Assembly (NCBI RefSeq): GCF_964355755.1
Contig: NC_092672.1
Coordinates: 11,780,001 to 11,844,000 of the forward strand
Direction of reading: 5' to 3'
Length of the DNA stretch: 64,000 nucleotides
DNA from: Antedon mediterranea
Taxonomy: Eukaryota > Animalia > Echinodermata
Of this stretch, positions 1 through 13,910 are shown in pieces. The position numbers and the translations under genes were made by a program. Positions within the stretch are counted from its first letter, which is position 1. Every line of letters begins with the position of its first letter. The notes under the pieces were generated by a model. The model did no database searches. It saw only the letters and a program-made list of their open reading frames with translations, and had not been told where the DNA came from.

Positions 1-90
1 ATAGATATCGAAATGGTTTATCAAGAAATATCAGATAAATGTCGAAGCAGTCGCAACACACTTGCAAAAAATACGTCCACTTATAGTTAG
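1..90 (+). CDS. 3' end (partial) of a probable paralog of the Ig-domain membrane protein at 27981-29321
   Basis: Frame 1 reads IDIEMVYQEISDKCRSSRNTLAKNTSTYS* (TAG at 88-90). This aligns with the tail RDIESESVYHEIESRKSGSSCSAKNYSTGATSV* of the 446-aa ORF (shared DIE, VYxEI, AKNxST, similar distance to stop). It is truncated by the window edge. Confidence 0.7.
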   Translation: MDIEMVYQEISDKCRSSRNTLAKNTSTYS

Positions 91-1143
91 TGTAATTACA
101 TAAGATGGGTAGTTTTGTTTAGTGTCTTTTTTTATCACTCCTTATACTGTACAATTAACAGATGGGGATTTAAATCAATGTAAGTAAGTGTTACTGTAAT
201 AGGAGGCATCCATCAATTCTGTTACGCAAAAAAAACAAACATAGAACCAATAGATTAACATACATTATTTATAAGAATTCAACGTTTACGAATTATGCTA
301 TGTCATCACGTGATATGCAGTCTCTTAATTAATGTTGTTTTGACACACGTATAACACATTAGATTATTGTAATGTTTGCAGAAATTAGATGTTCACAGTA
401 CTGGCTCAAAGTTCAACATGGTTGGGAGAAACAATGTATGGGTTGCCAAACGATACCTGAAAAAAATTTACTGTTTTTTCTTTCAATAATACTGTTTTCC
501 ATTCAACGAATGTAAAATATTGGTGTTATAACCACGTATTGTCCTGCAGTGAATCTGTATATAATTAATCAACACAAATCTTTCTGCTTTCTCATTGAAT
601 CGGATAGTAAATGCTAGGCTATGACAAACTTACGAAACTCAACATTTGGTCCCGGAGAAGAGCAACTACTGACAACACTTCATAATGTGCTTTGGCCTAT
701 ATCGCTTGGCACGAAAATCTAAAAATATTTTACAGAACTGTATACTGATAAATGTAATAAACTAAACAACAATGTTATACAACAAAATCAAAACGATAAG
801 GATGTTATTTCATTATAATATTTTGTAGAATAAGCATCATATCAATTGTTAACTCATAATTATACAACGGATTACAAGCTAATTTTCTAATACTTTTTTC
901 ATTTAATTTTGTTTATTGAATGAATGACTTTATCTGAGTAATGTATGTGTGTATTGTATCTATTCCAGTATACAGATTTTGTTTTTGTTGAATAATTCAT
1001 ACATAACGAAGGAGGATAATTATATATATAATTATGAACAAGTCATAGATACACAGGATGATTCATTATATACACCAGTCAATTGCAATTATATATTTGT
1101 ATAATTGCATTTAGCACGAAAAAAAAAACCAGTTGATCTTGAT

Positions 1144-1148
<5 letters not shown>

Positions 1149-1190
<42 letters not shown>
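1149..1190. repeat. (TA)n microsatellite
   Basis: Uninterrupted TA run directly adjoining the element at 1191. Confidence 0.95.
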
Positions 1191-1194
<4 letters not shown>

Positions 1195-1352
1195 AAATCA
1201 GGCACAGAACATTAATTCTAAACCGCCCGGTGATATACTGAAATGTAATTAATTAATTTGAAACGATAAAGATGAGGAAATCTGTGAGAATGAGAAAAAG
1301 TCGCCCCAACCGAGACTCGAACTCGGACCGCCTGCTTGATATGCAGATGTCC
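1191..1352 (-). mobile_element. Truncated copy of the (TA)n-associated tRNA-containing element
   Basis: Near-identical to 26260-26420. Includes the tRNA-like anticodon arm and T arm (minus strand TCTGC-ATATCAA-GCAGG...CCGAGTTCGAGTCTCGG). TA runs on both sides. Confidence 0.85.
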
Positions 1353-4300
1353 TATATACATATATAGTTCAACAATGTTACTACCCTGTTACTCACAGCG
1401 TTAGTAGGGATCCACATCATTTACTATACTTTATTTATTTCTACGGAAAAACTAAAAAAAAACGAATGTACGTATGCGCAGTTAAAAAAAAGAGAAAACT
1501 CAGATTTCTATCAACAAACAATTAGTGTTTATATTCCCATCGGGCAGATCCAAGTGGACTCACGTCTGGGAAAATTATGTTCAAGCCGTTGATTTCAAGT
1601 CGTTTATAACCCGTATTTTTCAAAACCATGTTTTGCTCGAGACTGGGTATATGATTTGTAGTTTGATAGCTTGACATTAATTTAATATATTTACTGAAGT
1701 CCTAGCTAATGTAATTTGTCAATGTTTTTAACACTTACTATAATTTCTTATCTAAACACGTCTCCAGCATCAACAGCAAAACTATTGTCGATATAAATAT
1801 TCTGTTCTGTGTATAATTTGTATATAGTTTGAACAAATTGATATTGTAATTTATTATTAAAGATAGGGAATAACTTTGGCATTTTATTCTTCTTGTGTTT
1901 AATTCATTACTGAGTTTGCTCGTAAACATGTTGTGACTTCCACCACTTCCGCAAAAACAATGTAACTGTTGTTCTTTAAAGATGTATTGACTCCAAAATA
2001 TATGAAAATGAAGATTAAATAAATCCGACTTTGAAATAGGTTATTAACATATATAAAACACAAAACAGTAGCAAACCATACGAATAACCGTTTTCTGATA
2101 ATAGTGTATAATACGGACATTATCTAAAGTACAATTTTAAGATCTCGGCTAAATATCTTATAAAAAGGTATATGCTTACTTCTAACTTCGAACCGCTTCA
2201 AAGAATACCATGCTGTCTTGATTATTGTCATAATTTAAATAAACATCCACGTAGTTTGCCTTACTAAGTTATTCCTTTATTTATTTTCATTTAGAGAAAA
2301 CACAGAAGCAATGAAACTGTGATCTTGTGATGACTAACTAAGAAAACGATTTAGCCAAAACCTTAATTTTTAACAATATAAAAAAAGTTATAACATGTCA
2401 GTAAAAATGTTAACACTTTAAAATGCAATTTCTTAAACGAATATAAAAGTTAAAAAGTTTATTCATTGTAACCATCATGATTATGATATAAAATAAAACT
2501 ATATGATACAATTTGAAATAAACAAAACGTTAATTTTTATGAGTAAACAGTAAAATTATTATTAATAAATAATTTCGCTGGAAACAGATTTCAACGCTGT
2601 AGAATGATGCTAAGCAACGTAAGTATTTTGACCAATAACACAAAAGATATCCACAGAACTTTTGTCTGTGATTGGTCAACTTACATGTTTTGCGAGTACT
2701 TTATTTTTTGGGAACATTTTAGACGTAACATATCTTTAGACTAGAAGCCCAAATATTCAGAGTGATGGCAGTTCGTATGTTTTTTTTTTCAAATGCGAAT
2801 AAAAGTGCACGTCAGTAATACACATTCAGTATTTCTAAAAGTGGTCTTTAAGTTTAAATAAAAATGTATTTAAAAACATATTATGATGTTAATATAAACC
2901 ACTATCTAATCCGCGGATTACACTGATACACTTAATGTCTCAATAGCACTCTGGTCTATCAAAACATAATTATGAAATATAATTCTCTTCAAGAGGTTTA
3001 ATATAGCATGATCTTCAATTAATATGAATAAATATGAAATAAACCGACTTTTAGGTTCAAGTACATGACTTAAGTCTGTCTTTCGTTTCATCTTATCTAA
3101 TTGAGCTCAGATGTCCTTCTTAAATATTATCCACTTTCTCATTTAATAAAATCTATTAAAATGTAATTTGACAAAAAGTCGGAATTTACGTATATTAGTT
3201 GGAATCATTGCATCAAATAATTAAGACTATTCAAAATAGGTCTACGATTTGAATGTTTATGGAGTGAGCACCTTTTTATGGGATTGGAATAGTGCGTTGT
3301 ACGACATTTTAAATAACCAAGTCGAGTTGAATCTCCAGTGCATATCTAATTTCATGAAAGTTTCACGAAAAATGCTAAAACAATCATTATTAGTTTCGAA
3401 CGCGCGGTAGTCACTTGCATCGCGGTGAACAACATCTTAAGGTGTATTGCTGGCGGAATAGGAACCAATTACTCACCAGGATGGGATGGACTGATTAAAA
3501 TAATGCTCGATACGTGATATGTATTGTAGTATTCAACAAAATATAAAGAACACAGGTGTCATGAAACACTACCGTACATACGTGGGTTATTATTGGCTGC
3601 GGTAAATTGTGGATGAACATACACGTTTTAATATTAGGCCTATTGTGTATGTATTAAATTCATCGCTTAAATGTATTTTCAGTAATCTGGTACAGAATAA
3701 TTTATTGGACAGCAAACTGTAATTTTAGTTATTTTAAATCCTACGATAGGCCAATCATCAGTTTCATATGGCTAACACTTGATTACAATAAAGTACACAG
3801 AAACATTTCTTTTAGTATATAGTAATATACAGTAGCAGGCCTAGCATTGAATCAATAGAAATACATGCATAATAGACAAACGAGAGCCGATTATCGTAGT
3901 CAAACAACTCGAAACAGTGGGACTGTTTCATGTCAAGCGATGGTAACAGACACATATATATCACACATGTGGCCTGCTTCCAGTCCATTATCTAATTGGT
4001 AACTAAACCTAACCTAAAATCTCTAAAATGATACTTTATACTATATTATGAAACACAGGACATCAACAATATTTCCATATGAACATACACTAACTACAGC
4101 TACAACTTGCTTGAAAAATAGCGATGACATATGGTTTTAAAGTCAGGCAATGTATGTTATTGTTAGGAGGCAGGTGTAGACATGTTGTAGTCCTCAAACA
4201 AGAAACTCATGCAGATACTGTCACTATGAACATCGGATGGAAACAGTGATAGGACATATTGATGGAAATAGCCAGTGGTACGTACACAAACGAGGGTGAC

Positions 4301-5174
4301 CGTTTAAAATAGATACTATATCTAATTCAATACATTTTAATCGTTGTGTTCCAGATCTGTTATATGGTTATATAGGCATACATTATTTTTAATAAACTTG
4401 TCGATGCGATGTATTTTCGTGTGTCTATAACACTGGAAACAACACACCACCCTCGCAAGCGTGTATACATTTAATACGTAACACATTTAATGACAAAAAA
4501 AATAAATATTCTATTAAATAGTAGACCTAACAGTACTGTATGTGATTATAAGTAGATTATTTTAATTTGTTATACAAGATGCACAATTACCGGTGAGTTA
4601 GTCACTACAATGTAAGTCATCAATAGACAGCACCTGTTTCTAAAACGCTTAGATTAAAGTATAATTCACAGTGAGAATAATATAATGAAGATCAATCCAA
4701 TTATATTAATTATTAGATCACCCAATGCCCCTTTGACCCTTTTCATTTCAATAAATTATGAACGAAAATCTTCGTGTTTATTACAAGAGGAGGCGAGGTT
4801 ACATAAGATGACACAAAAGCCAAAGAATATAATTCTGCTGATTTATCAAGTTCAGTTTGATTTTTCGAAAATGAATTCATGAACTACAATATTGCTTAAA
4901 AGGGAGGATTAATAAAATATAACCTGAAATGACAAAACTACATGCAATAAACGATGTTACAGATGTCATACACAACACATACACGGAATGATGAAGAACT
5001 GTTAAGAGCGAAAGGATACGGAACATTTATTTTTACTGGAAACAAGAAAAGCAAGGAATAGACAACTTTAATGTATACCAAATACTGATAGATCATGGAC
5101 TGTTATGCTTCTACCAGACCTGAAGACGACCGACCGATACGTTAACTTTCATATAAAAAAAGGATAACATTTAA

Positions 5175-5720
5175 AGACACTAGACATACATTTTTTCTAA
5201 TTTTAGGTCACATACTACATTTTAAGTGAATATTTTTTCCGTCTTTAAACGGTTAAATTTGTGAAAAATAAGTCCATTCCAATAATATTTGCGACCCGCT
5301 GTAATTCCTAACAAACATGAATCGCGCGGATTGATATTTTCATATTGTGATGTGATGCATCCACTTTGGCCGATCTCGTAAACCAAGAAAAGAAGCTTCC
5401 CCAATTTGTATTAATGTATTCTTCCAAAAGAGGAAAGACAATAATTCAGCAACAAGACAATGTCAGGCTAGGCATAGCTAGCCCACGATGTTCGTATGTT
5501 ACCGCTCTTTACCAGCTGAGCCTACAAAACTAAGCCTAACTAAGCTAGGCCTAGAAACGTCTACGAGAGAACTTTCGACGCGAGCTATTAGGTAGTACAT
5601 CGTTTTTCTCTTTTATCATATTTAACCTTAGAACGCACATAAGACAAGAAATGACCTGGTTTAAAATACATATGTATGCATTATTTTGACAAAACGCCCA
5701 AAATTGCAGGTCCAGTGTCT
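5175..5720. mobile_element. Non-autonomous DNA transposon with TTAA target duplication (Kolobok-like)
   Basis: TTAA|AGACACTAGAC ... GTCCAGTGTCT|TTAA: short TIRs starting with AG and TTAA on both sides. Internal pieces recur near 43795-43860 and, inverted, near 49270-49320. Confidence 0.7.
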
Positions 5721-6134
5721 TTAAGAATAGCTAGATCTTTATATATTTGTTTAACAGTTTAATACATTTCTCTACAATTACAAACCTTGAAATACACATC
5801 TGTATAAACGCTATTTGTTACAAGGAAATGACATTTTGACGAATCATGAAAATACTGCCCTCATAATCACTGAATTGCATTGTTGTTCTTAAAATACTAT
5901 TACATTTCCCGCCATTATTAATTATATTATGAAATGATATTTGCACGTACGGTGCATTATTCTGCTTCATCACGTGTAAGGCCTACTTCCGAAGAATCAG
6001 ACAATACAGTATGATTGCATTCCGTATGGTATAATTGTAAAATGTTATAATTCATATTTTCTATATGTGGCAGATAAATCAGTAGATATTGATGCAATTG
6101 ACTTTACTATCTTATACAATTTCTGAATGACATC

Positions 6135-6300
6135 TTTATTTTTATTTTATTTATTTATTTATTTTATTTTATTTTATTCAATTTTCAGGTACAACAATAC
6201 ATGACAATACAGCGGTGCAGCACCCTGAGGATTGCCATGAGTGCAAAGCACTATCGAGATGGCTCTCCATATACTGCACTAGAACATATAAGACAAACAT
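6135..6300 (-). mobile_element. Possible 3' tail of a non-LTR retrotransposon
   Basis: (TTTA/TTTTA)n tract followed by a more GC-rich stem-loop-like segment, as expected for a reverse-oriented LINE 3' UTR. No convincing protein remnant. Confidence 0.3.
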
Positions 6301-7234
6301 ATACACAAGATGCTCTACATAAACAAAGACTTATTATTAAGTCATTTACTTATCCATAAAATAATGGAGATATCTTTTCAAATCTAATGATGTTATTGTT
6401 TGATTTGACATTTCCATAACAAACATTTTAATTTTCTTATCTTAATTATAGTGTACATGCTATGTTTTCGCCCCCGTATGTTTGTTGTTATCAGCTTGGT
6501 TTAATTTTGAAAGGTTGGTGTCAAAGGTCAATTCAATGTCACAATCTACAAACAACTATTTCTTTATATTTAACGCTTAAAAGCCACAATTTTTATTCGA
6601 ATTTAACCTACTTGATCACAATGCTCGGTAATCTATCATCTAGAAGTAGTTCAATTTTGAAAAAAGCGGGGTCAAAGGTTAACGTGACAACCAATAAAGC
6701 TATTTAAATAAAATTATTTTTCGGAATTTGCATTGGAGTAGGCCTTTTTATATTGGCTAAATTATTTGTTTTAGTTGTCTTGAGTGGTGGGTTATGACAC
6801 TTCCTGACGAATTGATTTGCATTATGTTTAATGGCAATATAAAATATTGAATTAATGATAATGTTTTAATGTTATTAATATTATAATTCTGACAATGTTT
6901 TGATAATATTCATTGTATTGATGAAGATAGACACGTTTTATCTGTTCACCATCCCTGTAGATTATGTGTAAGAACATAGCATTATATTTTAATACTAAAG
7001 ATCCGCTGTCAAATGTAAACTTGTCTACATTGATCAAGTTGACGATTACCGGACTTTGTGTGAACTCCTTGTTTCTCGCTTTAAGATCTTTCGTGACATG
7101 GAACAGAAATCTGTCTTGCTTTTGTCGTCTGTTGTCTTATAATTGTTGATTACGTGGTAGTAAATGTACGTGCTTTACTACAAAACTGTGCTTGAACGTG
7201 AACAGCAAATGTGCTATAGATTAGATTTAATTAA

Positions 7235-7562
7235 AGATGTATTATCCCCCGAAAACATGAAAAATGAAGATTAATTTAATCAGATTTTGAATATGTTATT
7301 TTGTAGTTTTAATAAAGTTAATCACTTCCATAGAAAAAAAAAACGAAACAAATTAATGTTTTCAATTGAAAAATGACAAAATAAATGGTTAAATTCAACC
7401 AAAAATCCATTGGCTGGCAGCCAATTTGACCTATTTTGGTCTAAATTACATTTTTTTTTCGTTCCAATTTTTGGTAAAAGTGGAAATCTATAATGTTACA
7501 TTAAAATGAAATATTCAAAAAAAAATGTTTAAAGAATTATTTTTCAGGGGGACAATACATCT
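7235..7562. mobile_element. MITE with TTAA target duplication (Kolobok-like)
   Basis: TTAA|AGATGTATTATCCCCC-GAAAA ... TTTTCAGGGGGACAATACATCT|TTAA, with imperfect TIRs of about 20 bp. Confidence 0.8.
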
Positions 7563-8089
7563 TTAAACATTAATTTACAGTTGATGAAAAAATGCATGGC
7601 ACTACAGGCGTATTTAAACAACATTAAGATATTTTCTATTTTAATTTAGTATTACATACAACTCTCAAATAAATCTATAAATGTATTATTATGCCTGTCA
7701 TTCTAATTTTACCGATCCTTGCTTGCCACGCGTAGTATTATTTTGAAATACTGACATACTGATACCATATAATATTATTATATGTGTAGTAGATTGATTA
7801 TATTTCAAAAAGAATGATCAACAAAAAGAAAGCAAAAAGAAAGAAAAATGTCAACTCCCTGAAAAGAATACGGTTGAGGGGAAATGGCTCTCTCTCTCTC
7901 GGGTATTTGGTACTAAGAGGGTTAAAGAAGAAAATTAGTGAATTACAGTAATAATGACAGGGCAAATAGGTAATGTAAGCTATCATAGTGTTGATGGATT
8001 CTTATGGATGTTGAGTCTAAATATAGATTGCACCGAATGAAAGGTGTTGACTGTGGACCAGTACATTTTGTTGTCAAGTCGAGGGTGCC

Positions 8090-8225
8090 GCAAACCATAG
8101 CTATACAATATTCGAAGGTTCAAGGCACTCCTCAACTATTATTCTGATCGTAGAACAAGTCTTCTCGGATGACTTAAAACCTATTACATCTTACAGAATA
8201 GTACCCCGGTGTACTGGTCCATTCA
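8090..8225 (+). mobile_element. Degenerate copy of the tRNA-derived SINE at 21300-21612
   Basis: GGTTCAAGGC...GTAGAACAAGTCTTCTCGGATGACTTAAAACC...CCCGGTGTACT matches the reverse complement of the 21.3-21.6 kb SINE. Confidence 0.6.
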
Positions 8226-11092
8226 GCCCCTTTGTTGTGGATATAGCCGAACGGGCGCCATTTGGTGGCAGCACTCGACACGAAGAAACCCTTCGGGGAG
8301 TAGAAAGTTGCGGTGTGTGTCGTCCACAACCAGTAGGCTGCAAGTAGCGGGTTATCCCCCGATTTACTTTTAAATGTAACTGTGATAGAGGAATATAGCA
8401 GTTGATAAACAATATATTCAATATTTTATTTTCAAAAACTTAAAACAAAAAACATAAAAATCGATATATTCCCTAAAATGTTTTGCAAATATAGGCCTAT
8501 ATCAATATACCCTATATTGATTTTCTGGAAAGTTTATACAGTAAATCAATTACGTCACAACAGCATTTAGAGTTATATTTGTCTTTAATATAGACCGAAT
8601 ATTAATTAGCACTTGCAAAATGTTTTTTTAAACATCTAAATGTTTTATTGTTTTAGTGGTAAATATACAGCAGAACGACTGCAATTTGTATATTTCATTT
8701 TACATTTGTTTAGGTATCCTGATATTGCATTTGGTAAAATAAGTGTAAGCTTTTTCATTAATACGTTTCATAAAAACAATCCTATGTATTCTGTATTGAT
8801 TATCGAACACTTTTAGATGCTAACAGGTGACTACAATTTCCAGATAATCTTATAAATACACAACAAATGGAAAAGCATACCGATTTGCACCTGCTTTTAA
8901 AAGTCTATTTTCGGCAGTAATACAATAGAATACAACGATGTTAATAAAGATCGAATTATCAACAAGCCTGGCCTACATTATTTTTAAATTATATGACCAA
9001 ACAGCGGTTTAACAAATTATGTTTTGTTTTAAAAAGATATAATATCTTTTTAAACTAATTATAGGACATGTTACAAACACACAAATAAATACAAATTATT
9101 CTTGTATACCGCTATATTTGTTATGGAATGGAGTAATGGGCTACACCCACGAAAGAGAGAAACAAATAAAACGCTACAAAATAGGAAAAACTTTTTTATT
9201 AAAAATATATATTTTTTATTAGCATTATTTTATGGCGATATGCCTAAAACCTTTTTGTGTATCTTTGTATTATTCAGAAATTTAAGTAAGATAACCTATC
9301 GAAATAATACCTTCAATATTATCTTCATAATTATAGTAATGTTATTAATTTAAAAGGATTATGCAATACAAATTATAGAATTGTTTAAATGGTTTAAAGA
9401 ATACTTCTGTACAAATACAATGATAATAAAAGTACAACAGTAATAAAGGACAGTTTGTTGATTTTAATATGCAACAATGCTTTCTAAGTAATAAAATATG
9501 AATATAATTGTATTTCAAGTTTGAATCAATATGGAATTGGAGCAAAGTTTTATCGTTTGCAACTAACGCTAATGCTAATTCATAATTAAACATGACCAAA
9601 ACTAGAATTACGTTCGTGTCCAAGGCTGGTAATATTTACGATCAGTTTACACATTTTACAATCATACTTAAACAGAGACAAAGAAAAGTTAGACAAAGTA
9701 TTGATATTGTGATAAAACAAATATCGACTGTGTATTGTGTGTTATTGCCAACACGAGTGACTGGTTAAAAGCAGTTATTTGAATTACGAAAAAAAGAATT
9801 TGATTACTGCATGGTCTCTAAGCTTAATCTCGAAATAATAATATTATAACTGGTTAGGATTGTTTACAAGGTAAATTATCAACCCATTTTAAAATAAATA
9901 CAATTGAAGAGGACCTGTCTATATGAAGAGATGTTGGCGCCATCATCGTATTTGCATTTAAATAGAGAAACTCTTAACCAAGAGGGCGGTATCTTTAGAT
10001 ATTCTGGTGTATACTGTAAACAAAAAGCGGTCGAAAGAACATTCTAATGTGATTGAGAGATCCTTGGATATAGAGGTACATACTAAATGAGCTAACAATG
10101 CAATTTACATGCACCTCGTGTTGAAAGCTACCTTTAAGACAAAACAAAGAATGAACATGTATCAGCCACAAATGTATAAAAATACAAAAAGAAAATTGGC
10201 AATACTTTGTTTTAATATTCTAAAAAAACAAATATACAACATAGGCCTATAAATAATTTTGATAACAATTAGTGAAATAATTAAACTTATCTAATCCTAT
10301 TTTCTAAACAACAAGATGCACTGATGACATTCACCTTGTAATTAATACTATAACACATGGCAATGAAACCCTGTTTATCGCAGAATATTATGACATTATT
10401 TTTCATTGAACATTTTTAGTAAAACTGACTAGAAATGATGTTGTTGTCAGCTTTGACATGGTTTATGTTTCGCTAATTAGTTATTCATAGCATCTTTATA
10501 ATTGAAAATCATCCTATGTTGGTGATATGGCCGTAAAGAGAAGTTCAAATGAACGAATAATGAATAGTGAGCTGAAGGATCTGTGATATGTAAATGTAAT
10601 ATAATAGAATATAGAATATCATGCAATTAATACACTACGATGCATGTCATAATTGACAACAACATGGTTTTTAATGAGAAATCTGGTTTGGTTGAATATA
10701 ACGTCTGTCTGATCCTTACTTGTTAGGGAAAAAAACACATCGTCCCTTTCACAACGAATCGTTAAACTGCAATTTTGTCAACTTTTTATCAACAAATAGA
10801 AACAAACAACGTATCGATGCAAAGTGCCGTATTGTGTAATCACAAGGGGAAATAGTCGACGCAACAGTGCTGCAAACATCGCTACGGGCAGTTTGATTTC
10901 ACACATCAACGCAAAAACGGAGAAAAACAAATAAGTTAAGTATGCGGGGGTTAACCTGGTAAAAGTCTACAGAAACAAACGTTGACGATAAAACCAGGTT
11001 TGATTCCACCGGGGAAGCAACGCAAGGAGACCCACCACAAGCGAGTCAACACACTTCGAATAATTAATCGCTTGTGAATGGTCAAGTTATTA

Positions 11093-11271
11093 AGCTTGGT
11101 TCCCACTAGAACGTAACGCAAGGACGTAAACGCAACGCAAGCGTTTTAACCAATGACAAGCGAAGTTATAGACGGTTAGCAATCACAAGCGAATAAGCCA
11201 TCGCTTGTGATTTTTCAATTCACTTGCGTTGCGTGATGTCCTTGTGTTGCGTCGCTAGTGGGAACCACGCT
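11093..11271. mobile_element. PIF/Harbinger-type (Tourist-like) MITE, nested in an older related copy (about 10995-11341)
   Basis: TTA|AGCTTGGTTCCCACTAG ... CTAGTGGGAACCACGCT|TTA with extended imperfect inverted arms. The flanks carry decayed halves of the same family (AACGCAAGGA, CACAAGCGA, TCGCTTGTGA on the left; GTCGCTAGTGGGAAAACCACG on the right). Confidence 0.8.
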
Positions 11272-11947
11272 TTAAGGTTGCGTTTACGTCTTTGTGTAAC
11301 GTTTACGTTGCGTAGGTTGTGTCGCTAGTGGGAAAACCACGATGAATCAGGTCAAAGTCTATGGCCGGAAACTGATTTTGGGTTTACAACAACCCTCTCA
11401 AAAAAAAAAAAATAAATAAGATGTGGTTGTATGTTTGGCAGAAATATAAAAAGGTCTGTAATAAAAATGACAGGATGTCCCAAATCCCATTGTTGCTTGC
11501 TTCGCTCGCAATATACTCATATTGGTTGACCCCTTCTTGATTTCATCGCTGGCTGTGCCCATGATGCGATTATCATATTTCATAAAAATTGTGATGTCTA
11601 ATGATGTCGGTTTATAACTTCAATATCTATTGATAATAATTATCGCAAAAGTCATCCATGCATAGACAATTACTATGATGTTTAGCTGAAAGAACATGAC
11701 AATGTGCATTGGCATGTTTTTATATTGTTTCTTTTTGGTAAAAAATGTATTCTGCATATGCTTTGGATCAAACAATTGAAACCTACACTTAATAAACAAA
11801 CAAACCGATTCAGTCAAAGCTAAATCAGAAGAATGATCAATCAATCCGTGGTGTTCGTTGCAACACCAAAGTTACCCACATAGCTATATTGAAATAGTTA
11901 CGACATTGCGTTCACGGATTTTAGAAAGTCACGTGGGGTGCACACCG

Positions 11948-12135
11948 GCCATTTTTGTGTCCAAATATGTCATGTTCGCAGTAACTTGATAATTGTATTA
12001 TTATTTTAACAAAAACCTATAAACAAATTGTTTTGATATTAAATTCGATAGTTAAAGCCTTTTGAACGTTATACATTTTAAAACAAAGGACTCAACTCCA
12101 TACTCTACATAGGAATAGTTGGACACAAAAATGGC
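11948..12135. repeat. Inverted repeat, probable MITE relic
   Basis: GCCATTTTTGTGTCCAA ... TTGGACACAAAAATGGC, perfect 17-bp arms about 150 bp apart. Confidence 0.6.
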
Positions 12136-13763
12136 TTTTAATCCTTTCAATGTCGGAAATCATATACATGCTAACATAATGTTAATGTTACTTAGATATT
12201 TAATTGTTCGTTTTTATTTAATTTTGTTCATGTTGATATCATGTAGCTAGTTATTTAGAATTAGAATTAATCTACTGGATGTTTCGGGCGTAGATTATTA
12301 TGCAGTAAAGTGAAGTGAAGAATAGACCTTGTTGGTAGACCACTGGTGCTGGTAGGCAGGACTTTCTTTGTGACTAAATGTAATATGGTGATTAAGTCAA
12401 GAAGTAAGTGTACAAAGTATCGTTATTAAATATTTTCTATGAAATGTTATATAATAAATATACTGTCATAATTATATTTAATAATTACATGGCTGTCTTG
12501 TGTCTGTATACAACCGCTCGTGTGAAAAGCACGCCCTCTAGTTTTTGCCAACAATACACATTATAAACTTTTATGTGGTCCTTGAATGAAATGTTTTTGA
12601 TACTTATACTTAAATGTTATTAATCTCTAATTCAAATTATTTGTGAAAGAATCAAAACACTAATATTGGGGGAAAATCTAGTGTCATTTTTTGTTGTCAG
12701 CAAATCCATGAACACACTTGAGAAAGAACTTCAACACTGTTGATTCACCTAATAATAATTATGACTCCAGTACACAAGTTATGATACAAGACTATAGTAA
12801 TCCCTTCAAATCGGAATAATTATAAGAACAAAATCCGATATATTTCCTTTGTTGTTGTAAGCTCAGAATAACTTAACAAATTATATCTACTAAGCGCTTC
12901 ATATCTTATTTATATTTATTTGTTCTATTATATTATTATTATTATATACATGTATTTAAAACCCTAATTTCAAAATGTATGTTAAAATAAAACCTTCCGA
13001 ATTCAGATTCAATCAGGAGTAGGCTATCAAACAACTGAACAATTCAACAAACTTTAATTTTTTTTTCTCCAGATTGTACGTCATCAAAAAATTATAGATA
13101 GATGGCGGTAAACATGTTTCGAGAAAAAAAAATCGCGAATAAATTCTATACTATTATTATGGTGCGTGTACAACACGCTATTACACGCATATTCAACACG
13201 CGCTACGAGAAGTGAGTTGTTGTATAACATTGAAGAGATTCCGTGTAATGAGATTTTAATTGCAAAAAAAGGCTACTTGGCTGAATCCTAAAATTGTGTG
13301 GATACCCGGTTGCTGTTGGCGTGTTGGAAGTGTTCTCAGTGCATTGTTTTGACCTCTAGTCAAAATATAAGTATGTGCTTTGAAAATGTTGTCCAAAATG
13401 TAGCATAGTTTTATCCTAATTCTATTTTTTTTATTTTCGAAAGCAGATTTAAAAAATCAATAACTGAATAAACTCAATTTTAAACGAAATCATCCGTTTT
13501 ATTAAAATCCTTAATAAACTAAATTAATTCATAATGCATGCGAGTATATATACAACTTAGGATTATGAACTATGGTATAACACGGTATTACGATTTAATG
13601 TATAACTGCAAGGTTTTTGTGGGGTTTACCTCGGCCCGTGCAACACGCTAAAAATTAAAGATGTGTTCAAATTAATTTTAGGGTGTTGTATAAACACAGC
13701 CTTAGTTAAACGTTAGGTAAAAAGCGGTTAGACATGTCTCTATTTATTAATACCAAAAGCACA

Positions 13764-13910
13764 GCCAGGGAAAGACTGTTACATCAAATTCGTAAGAGAG
13801 GCATGCTGGAGAATGAACTTCTTTCTTCGTTCTTTTGCTGACAAATATCTGTCATCCGTGACAAGTCAACAGCTACATAATTGATAAACAAGCCCCAACA
13901 TTTACTACTT
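13764..13910 (+). pseudogene. SDHAF2: Decayed fragment of succinate dehydrogenase assembly factor 2 (SDH5 family)
   Basis: Conceptual translation [43 protein letters not shown]/NIYY matches the recalled SDHAF2 core [28 protein letters not shown]...QL..YDRLINEPSNDWDIYYW. It has frameshifts and deletions and no intron across the segment. Confidence 0.8.

Noticed and set aside
2281-2330. Splice acceptor plus a short terminal exon
   Set aside because: Only a pyrimidine tract plus AG, all frames are very short, and the upstream frame already stops at 88-90.
3895-4000. Peptide NSGTVSCQA resembling an Ig F-strand
   Set aside because: No upstream Cys or Trp of an Ig fold in frame, and the frame is short. 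Likely chance.
4180-4300. CRYCH...ETVIGHI resembling a non-LTR zinc knuckle
   Set aside because: The final Cys is missing and no adjacent RT motifs are visible.
5119-5145. CTGAAGACGACCGACCGATACGTT as a hammerhead
   Set aside because: Helix II cannot pair and GAAA is mutated. At best a dead relic.
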